From the NCBI GenBank assembly GCA_964567675.1, contig CAZMNP010000074.1, forward strand, positions 2,923 to 66,922: a stretch of 64,000 nt of DNA, read 5' to 3'. Positions 56,200 to 64,000 of the stretch are shown here, one piece after another. Each line of letters begins with the position of its first letter. The first letter of the stretch is position 1. The notes under the pieces are model-generated. The model was not told the DNA's origin and searched no databases. It saw only the letters and a list, made by a program, of their open reading frames with translations. The translations under genes were made by a program, and so were the position numbers. The stretch comes from an uncultured Actinomycetes bacterium (GTDB lineage: Bacteria > Actinomycetota > UBA4738 > HRBIN12).

Positions 56200-57320
56200 T
56201 GGACTGGCTCGACTGGCTCCTGATGGTCGTCCGCGTCGTCGTCGTCTTCTTCGCACTCCTGATCATGGTGATGCTCCTCATCTGGGTCGAGCGGAAGGTG
56301 ATCGCCGACATGCAGACGAGGGTGGGCCCGATGAGAGCGGGCCCGCGAGGGGTGCTGATCACGCTCGCCGACGGCGTCAAGCTCTTCTTCAAGGAGGGCA
56401 TCACCCCGACCCTCGTCGACCGGCCCGTCTACGCGATCGCGCCCGTGATCGCGATGCTTCCCGCGTTCCTGTCCTTCGCGGTCATCCCGTTCGGGACGGG
56501 CATCGTGGTGTTCGGTCGCGAGGTCCCGTTCCAGCTCGCCGACCTCAACGTCGGGATCCTGTGGATCCTCGCGATGGGCTCGCTGATGGTGTACTCGATC
56601 GTCCTCGCGGGCTGGTCGAGCGGTTCCAACTACCCGCTGCTCGGGGCCATCCGGAGCTCGGCGCAGATGATCAGTTACGAGGTCGGCATGGGGCTCGCGC
56701 TGATCGCGGTGCTCATGTACTCGGGCTCGCTCCGGATGTCCGAGATCGTGTCGAGCCAGGACCAGGTCTGGAACGTGATCCCGCAGTTCCCCGCGTTCGT
56801 CATCTACCTGATCGCCGGGCTCGCAGAGACGAACCGCCCGCCGTTCGACCTTCCCGAGGCCGAGTCCGAGCTCGTCGCCGGGTACCACACCGAATACAGC
56901 GGGATCAAGTTCGCGATGTTCTACCTCGGCGAGTACCTCAACACCGTGACCGTCGCGGCCGTCGCGACGACGATGTGGCTCGGCGGCTGGCGCGGGCCCG
57001 CGCCCGACGTCCTTCCGTGGGTCTGGCCTCTGCTCTGGTTCCTGCTGAAGGTCCTCGTCGTGATCTACGTCTACATCTGGATCCGCGCGACACTCCCGCG
57101 GATCCGCTACGACCGGCTCATGGCGTTCGGCTGGAAGTTCCTGATCCCGTTCGGCCTGGTGTGGGTGCTCGCGACGGGCGCGGTCGTGGTCCTGCCCGAC
57201 GTCTACGGTCGGCGCACGGTCGTCACCGGCGCCGCGATCCTCGTCGGAGCGGTGCTCGTCCTGTCCCTGATCTGGCCGCTGTTCGCCCGCAGGCCCGAGG
57301 CGGAGCAGGCGGCGCGGTGA
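56199..57320 (+). CDS. nuoH: NADH-quinone oxidoreductase subunit H
   Basis: The ND1 family pattern is present ([19 protein letters not shown]...). Confidence 0.9.
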   Translation: MDWLDWLLMVVRVVVVFFALLIMVMLLIWVERKVIADMQTRVGPMRAGPRGVLITLADGVKLFFKEGITPTLVDRPVYAIAPVIAMLPAFLSFAVIPFGTGIVVFGREVPFQLADLNVGILWILAMGSLMVYSIVLAGWSSGSNYPLLGAIRSSAQMISYEVGMGLALIAVLMYSGSLRMSEIVSSQDQVWNVIPQFPAFVIYLIAGLAETNRPPFDLPEAESELVAGYHTEYSGIKFAMFYLGEYLNTVTVAAVATTMWLGGWRGPAPDVLPWVWPLLWFLLKVLVVIYVYIWIRATLPRIRYDRLMAFGWKFLIPFGLVWVLATGAVVVLPDVYGRRTVVTGAAILVGAVLVLSLIWPLFARRPEAEQAAR

Positions 57321-57886
57321 ACGAGGACCCGCGCGTGCCGCCCTCGCAGCCCGCCGAACGCCCCGCCGAGCTGTCGCCACCCACCGGCCCCCCGGCGAAC
57401 CGCCCGCGGATCGACCTGGGCTCGGCGGTGGTCGCGATCGCGAAGGGCATGGGCACGGTGTTCAAGCAGATCTTCCGTCCCGACGTCACCGAGCGCTATC
57501 CGACCGAGATCGTGCCGCCACCGGCCCGCAGCCACATCGGTCGTCATCTCCTGAACCGTCACGAGAACGGCCTGGAGAAGTGCATCGGCTGCGAGCTCTG
57601 TGCCTTCGCCTGCCCGGCCGACGCGATCTGGGTCGTCGGTGAGGACAACGACCCGGAGAACCCGACGAGCCCGGGGGAGCGGTTCGCGAAGGACTACCAG
57701 ATCAACTACCTCCGTTGCATCATGTGCGGCCTCTGCGTCGAGGCCTGTCCGACGCGAGCGCTCACGCTGACGAGCTTCTACGAGATGTCGTTCACGTCGC
57801 GAGAGGACGCCGTCCTCACCAAGGAGCAGCTCCTGGAGCCTCCTCCACCGCTCGGGACCGCACCCGGGACCGAGGAAGGCCGGTAG
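57317..57886 (+). CDS. nuoI: NADH-quinone oxidoreductase subunit I (start uncertain; conserved core begins near 57430)
   Basis: Two 4Fe-4S motifs are present ([12 protein letters not shown] and [12 protein letters not shown]). A Pro-rich segment in front of the core may not be translated. Confidence 0.8.
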   Translation: MNEDPRVPPSQPAERPAELSPPTGPPANRPRIDLGSAVVAIAKGMGTVFKQIFRPDVTERYPTEIVPPPARSHIGRHLLNRHENGLEKCIGCELCAFACPADAIWVVGEDNDPENPTSPGERFAKDYQINYLRCIMCGLCVEACPTRALTLTSFYEMSFTSREDAVLTKEQLLEPPPPLGTAPGTEEGR

Positions 57887-58473
57887 TGCCGCTCGACAAC
57901 GTCGTCTTCTGGGTGTTCGCGCCGGTGTCGGTCGCGAGCGCGATCGCGATGCTGCTCCAGCGGAACGCCGTCCACGCGGCGCTGTTCCTGATCGTGAACT
58001 TCTTCACGATCTCGGTGTTCTACCTGGTCCTGGGCGCCTCGTTCCTGTTCGCCGTGCAGATCATCGTCTACGCGGGCGCGATCATGGTGCTCTTCCTGTT
58101 CGTGCTGATGCTGCTCGGGGTCGACCGCGACGAGCCGCTGATCGAACGCCTCAAGGGTCAGCGGCCGATGGCCGTCCTGCTGGGCGCCGGGATCTTCCTC
58201 GAGCTGTTCTTCGCGATCCGCGCAGGCATCGGGTTCGCGACGAAGGCGCCGGCGGGGTTCGACGAAACCGTGAATCGGGGCGGGAACGCCGCCGCCCTCG
58301 CCCGGGTGCTGTTCCGCGACTACTTCTTCCCGTTCGAAGTGACCTCGATCCTGTTGATCATCGCGGCCGTGGCCGTGATGGTTCTCGCGTCCCGGCAGGC
58401 ACCGGCGATCACCCGTGCGGAGCAGGCGACCGCGGCGGCGGCCGAGGCCCGCGCGACGGAGCCGGCACCGTGA
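57886..58473 (+). CDS. nuoJ: NADH-quinone oxidoreductase subunit J
   Basis: The ND6 family is recognisable. It starts with GTG. Confidence 0.8.
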   Translation: MPLDNVVFWVFAPVSVASAIAMLLQRNAVHAALFLIVNFFTISVFYLVLGASFLFAVQIIVYAGAIMVLFLFVLMLLGVDRDEPLIERLKGQRPMAVLLGAGIFLELFFAIRAGIGFATKAPAGFDETVNRGGNAAALARVLFRDYFFPFEVTSILLIIAAVAVMVLASRQAPAITRAEQATAAAAEARATEPAP

Positions 58474-58775
58474 GGACGCCGATCTCCTACTTCCTGGTGC
58501 TCTCGGCGCTGTTGTTCTCGATCGGGACGGTGGGCGTTCTCATCCGCCGGAACGCGCTCGTGATCTTCATGTCGGTCGAGCTCCAGCTGAACGCGGTGAA
58601 CCTCGCGCTGGTCTCGTTCAGCCGGATGCACGACAACCTGGACGGCCAGGTGCTGGCCTTCTTCTCGATGGTCGTCGCGGCGGCCGAGGTGGTCGTCGGC
58701 CTGGCCATCATCCTGAACGTCTATCGGCGCCGCCAGAGCGCGAGCGTCGACGACGCGAGCGTCTTGCGTGGGTGA
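58470..58775 (+). CDS. nuoK: NADH-quinone oxidoreductase subunit K
   Basis: The ND4L family is recognisable (101 aa). Confidence 0.9.
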   Translation: MRTPISYFLVLSALLFSIGTVGVLIRRNALVIFMSVELQLNAVNLALVSFSRMHDNLDGQVLAFFSMVVAAAEVVVGLAIILNVYRRRQSASVDDASVLRG

Positions 58776-60669
58776 CGCGGTGCTCGATCAGGCGTGGCTG
58801 ATCCCCGCGTTGCCGCTGGCCGGGGCGGTGGTGAATCTGTTCTTCGGGCGGCGCCTTGGCAAGACGGCGGGATGGGTCGCATCGGCGACGGTCGGGCTCG
58901 CCTTCGCGATCGGCGTGGCCGTCCTGCTCGACCTCCTCTCGCTGCCCGCCGAGCAGCGGGAGCACGTCGTTGAGCTGTTCCCGTGGATCGATGCCGGGGG
59001 CCTCAGCCTTCGCGTCTCGTTCCTGGTCGACCCGCTGTCCCTCACGATGGTGCTGGTCGTGACCGGCGTCGGGGCGCTCATCCACGTCTACGCGGTCGGC
59101 TACATGGACGGAGATCCGCGGTTCGAGCGCTTCTTCGCCTACCTGAACCTGTTCGTCTTCTTCATGCTCGTCCTCGTCCTGGCCAACGACTACCTCCTGC
59201 TGTACCTCGGTTGGGAGGGCGTCGGCCTCTGCTCGTACCTGTTGATCGGGTTCTGGTACGAGCGGCCGAGCGCCGCGAGCGCCGCGAAGAAGGCGTTCGT
59301 CACGACACGGATCGGCGACGCCGCCATGATGCTGGGGATCGTCCTGATCTTCGTGCACTTCGGATCGCTGGAGTTCGGTGAGGTTCTGGTCGAGCGGACC
59401 GCCGTGGGTCCGCTGATCGCGCCGTCCGAGGGCCTCTACACCGCGATCTCGCTCCTGCTGCTCGCGGGCGCCGTCGGCAAGTCGGCGCAGATCCCGCTGC
59501 ACGTCTGGCTTCCGGACGCGATGGAGGGACCGACGCCCGTCTCGGCCCTGATCCACGCGGCGACGATGGTGACGGCCGGCGTCTACCTGGTCGTGCGGTC
59601 GCACGTCCTTTTCGAGGGATCCGGGATCGCCCTGACGGTGGTGCTCGTCATCGGGCTCGTCTCTGCGATCTACGCGGCGCTCGCTTCGATCGGGCAGTTC
59701 GACATCAAACGCGCGCTCGCGTACTCGACGATGAGCCAGATCGGATTCATGTTCTTCGCCGCGGGGATGCGCTTCTACGCGGGCGCGATGCTCCTGCTCG
59801 TCTGTCACGCCTTCTACAAGGCGTTGCTGTTCCTCACGGCGGGCAACGTCCTGCACGGGCTCCACGACGAGGCCGACCTGCGCCGGATGGGCGGCCTGCG
59901 GGAGGAGATGCCCGTCACGGCCCCGTTGTTCGCGATCGGTGCGCTCGCCCTGGCCGGCATCCCTCCGCTCGCGGGGTTCTTCGCCAAGGACCACATCGTG
60001 AACTTCGCGGCGGAAAGTGGGCGCGTCGCCGCGTGGGTCGTGGCGTCGGTCGGCGCGTTCCTTTCCGCCCTGTACATCGCGCGGCCGCTGTTCCTCGCGT
60101 TCTTCGGCACCAAGCGGAACGACGCACGCGCCCACGAGGCGCCGTGGGCGATGAACGCTCCGCTCGTCGTCCTCGCGGCAGGAGCGGTCCTGGGCGGACT
60201 CGTCCTCGGTCTCCAGGCGGAGGGCGGCCTCCTCGAGCGGTTCCTCGAGCCGGTGATCGGCGCGGCCGAGCACGGGCACCTCGGGCTCTCCGAAGCCGTC
60301 CTCGTCGGCATCTCGATCGTCCTCGCGGTGCTGGCGGTCCTAGTTGCCTGGTACGTGTGGGCGTCCGGGCGCGTGAACTGGGCGGCCTTCCCCGAGCGCC
60401 AGCCCGAGCTCGCCGCCTGGCTGGCGAACGCGTTCTACATCAACGCGTTGTACGCGTGGCTGGTTCGGACGGCCGGGATGGGGGTCGGGCGGGCGTTCCG
60501 AACGGTCGATGACCGGGTCGTCGACGGGGCCGTCAACGAGGTCGCCGAGGAGATCGGCCAGGCCTCTCGCCTCGCCTCGGTGCTGCAGTCGGGATACGTC
60601 CGTTCGTACGCGCTCGCCTTCCTGCTCGGGGCCGCGGCGCTCCTCCTGTACCTGGGACTGAGGTTCTGA
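58768..60669 (+). CDS. nuoL: NADH-quinone oxidoreductase subunit L
   Basis: The ND5 antiporter-like family is recognisable. Confidence 0.9.
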   Translation: MGDAVLDQAWLIPALPLAGAVVNLFFGRRLGKTAGWVASATVGLAFAIGVAVLLDLLSLPAEQREHVVELFPWIDAGGLSLRVSFLVDPLSLTMVLVVTGVGALIHVYAVGYMDGDPRFERFFAYLNLFVFFMLVLVLANDYLLLYLGWEGVGLCSYLLIGFWYERPSAASAAKKAFVTTRIGDAAMMLGIVLIFVHFGSLEFGEVLVERTAVGPLIAPSEGLYTAISLLLLAGAVGKSAQIPLHVWLPDAMEGPTPVSALIHAATMVTAGVYLVVRSHVLFEGSGIALTVVLVIGLVSAIYAALASIGQFDIKRALAYSTMSQIGFMFFAAGMRFYAGAMLLLVCHAFYKALLFLTAGNVLHGLHDEADLRRMGGLREEMPVTAPLFAIGALALAGIPPLAGFFAKDHIVNFAAESGRVAAWVVASVGAFLSALYIARPLFLAFFGTKRNDARAHEAPWAMNAPLVVLAAGAVLGGLVLGLQAEGGLLERFLEPVIGAAEHGHLGLSEAVLVGISIVLAVLAVLVAWYVWASGRVNWAAFPERQPELAAWLANAFYINALYAWLVRTAGMGVGRAFRTVDDRVVDGAVNEVAEEIGQASRLASVLQSGYVRSYALAFLLGAAALLLYLGLRF

Positions 60670-60671
60670 CG

Positions 60672-62255
60672 ATGCCCTGGTTGAGCGTCCTCGTGTTCCT
60701 GCCGCTGGTCGGGATCCCCGTCCTCATGCTGTGGAAGGGGATGGGAGACGCGCGGGCGAAGTGGGTGACGCTCGCGGTGATGGCCGCCGACCTCGTCGTC
60801 GCCATGGGCGTGCTCGGCGCGTTCGATCCGGAGCGGTCGGGCTATCAGCTCGTCGAGCAGGTGAGCTGGGTGCCGTCGGTGGGCCTTTCCTACCTCGTCG
60901 GGGTGGACGGGTTCAGCATCTGGCTCGTGGTGCTCACGGCGTTCATGTTCCCGGTCGGGCTGATCGCCGCATGGAGGACGGAGCACCGCGTGCGCCTGTT
61001 CATGGGGCTCTCGCTGCTCCTTGAGACCGTCGTGCTGGGTTCGTTCTGTGCCCTGGACCTCCTCCTGTTCTTCGTGTTCTTCGAGGCGCTGCTCGTCCCG
61101 ATGTTCCTGATCACCGGCGTCTGGGGTTCCTCGCGCAGGGTGTACGCGAGCCTGAAGTTCTTCCTGTTCACGATGTTCGGATCCGCGTTCATCCTCGTCG
61201 CGACGCTCTATCTCTGGTTCCAGACGTCCGAGCAGTTCGGGAGCGGAAGCTTCGACATCCGGCAGATGGAACAGCTCTCGCTCGGCGTCGGCGTCCAGCG
61301 ATGGCTGTTCCTCGCCTTCTTCATCGGTCTTGCCGTGAAGGTCCCGATCTTCCCGCTCCACACATGGCTTCCCGACGCGCATACCGAGGCGCCGACGATG
61401 GGCTCGATCGTCCTTGCGGCGCTGCTGCTGAAGGCCGGCCCGTATGGGATCCTGCGGTTCAACCTCGACCTGTTCCCCGAGGCGTCCCGCTACTTCGCCG
61501 ACGCGATCAACGTCCTCGCGGTCGTGGGCATCGTGTACGGCGCGATCGTGGCGATGATGCAGACGGACGTGAAGCGTCTGGTGGCGTACTCGTCCGTCAG
61601 TCACATGGGCTTCGTGATCCTCGGCATCTTCACCTTCACCCCGGAGGGCATGAGCGGAGCCGTGATCCAGATGGTGAACCACGGCCTGTCGACCGGTCTC
61701 CTGTTCTTCGCGATCGGGATGCTGTACGAGCGCACGCACACGCGCGAGATGGGCGAGATGGGCGGCCTGGGCCGGGTCACGCCCTGGATCGCGGCGGCGT
61801 TCCTGGTCGCCACGCTCTCCTCGATCGGCCTGCCCGGCCTGAACAACTTCGTGGGCGAGTTCCTGGTCGTCCTCGGGGCGTTCGCGACGAACCGGCTCCT
61901 CGGCGCGCTCGCGGTGACCGGCGTCGTGCTGGGCGCGATCTACATGCTTTGGGCGTTCCAGCGGACGTTCCAGGGGGCCGTCCCCGAGCGCTTCCGGAGC
62001 CTGCACGACATGGTCCCGCGCGAGCTCGCCGCCGTCGTCCCCATCGTGGCCGCGATGCTGTTCATCGGTGTGTACCCGAAGGTCGTGCTGGACCGCATCA
62101 ACCCGTCGTCGGAAGGGGTCGTGCGCTGGGTGCGATCCGTCGACCTCGAGCAGCCGGGTCTCCCGGGCGGCCTGCGTGCACGGATCCAGCCCGACTACCG
62201 CCCGCCGGAGGGTATCGATGTGGCGACCCCGGCTGGCGAAGGGGAGATCCCGTGA
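60672..62255 (+). CDS. nuoM: NADH-quinone oxidoreductase subunit M
   Basis: The ND4 family is recognisable. Confidence 0.9.
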   Translation: MPWLSVLVFLPLVGIPVLMLWKGMGDARAKWVTLAVMAADLVVAMGVLGAFDPERSGYQLVEQVSWVPSVGLSYLVGVDGFSIWLVVLTAFMFPVGLIAAWRTEHRVRLFMGLSLLLETVVLGSFCALDLLLFFVFFEALLVPMFLITGVWGSSRRVYASLKFFLFTMFGSAFILVATLYLWFQTSEQFGSGSFDIRQMEQLSLGVGVQRWLFLAFFIGLAVKVPIFPLHTWLPDAHTEAPTMGSIVLAALLLKAGPYGILRFNLDLFPEASRYFADAINVLAVVGIVYGAIVAMMQTDVKRLVAYSSVSHMGFVILGIFTFTPEGMSGAVIQMVNHGLSTGLLFFAIGMLYERTHTREMGEMGGLGRVTPWIAAAFLVATLSSIGLPGLNNFVGEFLVVLGAFATNRLLGALAVTGVVLGAIYMLWAFQRTFQGAVPERFRSLHDMVPRELAAVVPIVAAMLFIGVYPKVVLDRINPSSEGVVRWVRSVDLEQPGLPGGLRARIQPDYRPPEGIDVATPAGEGEIP

Positions 62256-63700
62256 TCCGCACGCCGGCGATCGATCTGTGGCCGATCCTGCCCGAGCTGA
62301 TCCTCGTGGGGACCGGGATCGTCGTGCTCCTGTGGGGCGCGATCGCTCCGTCCGTCCGTTCGCCGGCGCTGCTGTCCGTCTCGCTGGTCGGTGTGGCCGG
62401 CGCGGCGGGCGCGTCGATCCGGCTCTGGGACTGGGAAGGAGCCACGACCGTCCTCGGCGGATCCGTGGCGGTGGACCGGTTCGGCGTGGTCGTTCGGTTG
62501 ATCCTGCTCGCGACGGCGGCGATCGGCCTGTTCTACGGGCATCACTACTTCGAGCGCTCGGGCGAGTCGCGGGCGGAGTTCTTCCCACTCGTGCTGTTCG
62601 CGACGTCGGGGATGACTCTGATCGCGATCGCGTCCGAGCTCATCCTGGTGTTCCTCGCGCTCGAGATCCTGTCGCTCGCGCTCTACGTGCTGACCGGGTT
62701 CTCGCGGCGCATCGGTTCGGTCGAGGGCGCCATGAAGTATTTCCTCCTGGGCGCGTTCTCTTCCGCGTTCTTCCTGTTCGGCATCGCGATGGCGTACGGC
62801 GCCACCGGGACGACACGGCTGCCGGAGGTCGCGCAGGCCCTGTCGGGGCGAACGGAGGGTCTCGCGCTTGCCCTCGCGGCGACGGGGCTCCTCGCGGTGG
62901 GCTTCGCGTTCAAGGTCTCGGCCGTCCCGTTCCACATGTGGACGCCCGACGTCTACCAGGGGGCGCCAACCGCGGTGACGGCGTTCATGTCGGCCGGCAC
63001 GAAGGTCGCCGGTTTCGCCGCGCTGATGCGCGTGTTCAACGTGGCGTTCCAGCCGCTCGCCTGGGATTGGCGGCCACTCGTCTGGACGCTGGCCGCGGTC
63101 TCGGTGGTCGTGGGGATCCTCTTCGCGATCGCGCAGACGGACGTGAAGCGGCTGCTCGCCTACTCGAGCATCAGCCACGCCGGATTCGTCCTCACGGGCC
63201 TGGTGGCGACTGGCGAGAGCGGCATGAGCGCCGCCCTGTATTACCTGGTCGCGTACGCCATGACGATCCTCGGCGCCTTCGGGGTCGTGATGCTCGTGTC
63301 CTCGCGAGGCGAGCGCCGGACGTCGCTGTCGTCGTATGCCGGACTCGGGTCCCGCAGCCCGGTTCTGGCGGGTCTGCTCGCGCTCTTCTTGCTGTCGCTC
63401 ACCGGTATCCCACCGACCGCGGGCTTCGTCGCGAAGGTGGAGGTCTTCCGGGCCGCGATCGATGCCGGCGCCTGGCCGCTCGCGCTGATCGGCGTCATCG
63501 CGAGCGTGGTGGCCGCGTTCGTGTACCTCCGCCTCATCGTGCTGATGTTCATGCAGGAGCCGGAGGGTGAGCCCGAGACGGACGAGTCGGTCCTCCCGCG
63601 CGTCGTCGTCGCGATCCCGGCGATCTTGGTGCTCGTGTTCGGCGTGTTCCCCAGCCTCCTGTTGGGGTTCCTGGACCGGGCGGCGGTGCTCCGATGGTGA
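62252..63700 (+). CDS. nuoN: NADH-quinone oxidoreductase subunit N
   Basis: The ND2 family is recognisable. The GTG at 62252 overlaps the nuoM stop. Confidence 0.85.
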   Translation: MIRTPAIDLWPILPELILVGTGIVVLLWGAIAPSVRSPALLSVSLVGVAGAAGASIRLWDWEGATTVLGGSVAVDRFGVVVRLILLATAAIGLFYGHHYFERSGESRAEFFPLVLFATSGMTLIAIASELILVFLALEILSLALYVLTGFSRRIGSVEGAMKYFLLGAFSSAFFLFGIAMAYGATGTTRLPEVAQALSGRTEGLALALAATGLLAVGFAFKVSAVPFHMWTPDVYQGAPTAVTAFMSAGTKVAGFAALMRVFNVAFQPLAWDWRPLVWTLAAVSVVVGILFAIAQTDVKRLLAYSSISHAGFVLTGLVATGESGMSAALYYLVAYAMTILGAFGVVMLVSSRGERRTSLSSYAGLGSRSPVLAGLLALFLLSLTGIPPTAGFVAKVEVFRAAIDAGAWPLALIGVIASVVAAFVYLRLIVLMFMQEPEGEPETDESVLPRVVVAIPAILVLVFGVFPSLLLGFLDRAAVLRW

Positions 63701-63752
63701 GCGCGACGGACGCGATGGTCTGCACGAGGCGGACCCGGGTAGGGTCGGACCG

Positions 63753-64000
63753 ATGAGCCGCCGCGTCATCCCCGGCCTGGAGGCACCCGACCCGCTCCTG
63801 GAGAGCGAGGTGCGGGGTCGCCTCGACGAGGTCGAGGCCGCCCTGGAGAAGGCCGTTCGCGCCGATTCGGACCTGCTGGCCCAGACGGCCTCCTACCTGC
63901 TGCATGCCGGCGGCAAGCGCTTCCGCCCCATGCTGGTGCTGCTCGCGGGCTACTTCGGCGATCCGAGGGACCCACGGCTGGTCCCGGGCTCGGTCTCGAT
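63753..64000 (+). CDS. polyprenyl diphosphate synthase, 5' partial (runs off window)
   Basis: The N-terminus matches the trans-IPPS family (..LLHAGGKRFRPMLVLLAGYFG..). Confidence 0.7.
   Translation, partial: MSRRVIPGLEAPDPLLESEVRGRLDEVEAALEKAVRADSDLLAQTASYLLHAGGKRFRPMLVLLAGYFGDPRDPRLVPGSVS

Noticed and set aside
60435-63769. Large minus-strand ORFs antisense to nuoM/nuoN
   Set aside because: Same reasoning as above. The nuo frames are unambiguous.

Overview
This is a 64 kb, very GC-rich (about 70%) chromosomal segment. I read it as actinobacterial on three grounds: a mycothiol glycosyltransferase gene (mshA), a 33-aa ribosomal protein bS22 gene, and a Rex repressor gene. The split b6/subunit-IV cytochrome b, the caa3 oxidase and a dimeric-type RsiG-like protein point, by inference, to a deep-branching class such as Rubrobacteria or Thermoleophilia. 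I saw no rRNA, tRNA, CRISPR array, transposase or integrase, so this is core genome rather than an accessory island.

Gene content, in order along the window:
- 1-5 kb: sulfate-activation genes (cysH, sat) with a MoaD-like sulfur carrier and a DAGK-family lipid kinase.
- 5-12 kb: an M23 peptidase, then a coiled-coil RsiG-like protein next to an HD-GYP phosphodiesterase (a possible c-di-GMP module). These are followed by an asparaginase-II-family protein, mshA, a 550-bp GC-poor intergenic region that ends in a strong terminator-like structure, a TetR regulator, proC and a tiny basic ORF.
- 12-22 kb: a catabolic block. It holds a FAH-family hydrolase, a P5C-dehydrogenase-type aldehyde dehydrogenase, two class-III aminotransferases, a VOC protein, CoA-transferase subunits A and B, and an HDAC/AcuC-type amidohydrolase that is translationally coupled to pyruvate kinase.
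- 22-32 kb: an SDR oxidoreductase, a Clp1-like P-loop kinase immediately upstream of the bS22 gene, a lipoprotein hydrolase, a SpoIVB-type S55 peptidase, a sugar-phosphate isomerase, an ECF sigma/anti-sigma pair, a glutaredoxin-like protein and Rex.
- 32-64 kb: a respiratory megacluster.
  - A b6c-type Rieske/cytochrome complex operon on the minus strand. It has a split cytochrome b6 and an Ala/Pro-extended subunit IV, preceded by a 2x[4Fe-4S] ferredoxin and followed by two uncharacterised membrane proteins.
  - ccdA, the caa3 oxidase genes ctaC-D-E-F-G, a membrane-anchored tandem-cupredoxin (2x type-1 Cu) protein, and a TlpA-like thiol-disulfide oxidoreductase.
  - A fused ctaA-ctaB (heme A synthase + heme O synthase), a polyprenyl synthase, a PPOX/F420-family protein, and two perfect TGTGA-N6-TCACA (CRP/GlxR-type) sites ahead of a geranylgeranyl-reductase gene.
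  - The complete nuoA-N operon and the start of a second polyprenyl synthase.

The observations I rank highest are the atypical bc-complex operon together with the di-cupredoxin, the Clp1-like kinase/bS22 pair with an RBS-sequestering hairpin, the RsiG-like/HD-GYP pair, the tandem CRP-like operators, and the candidate ncRNA/terminator region at 10.0-10.5 kb.

All calls are made from reading the translations and the DNA by eye. No database search was run.
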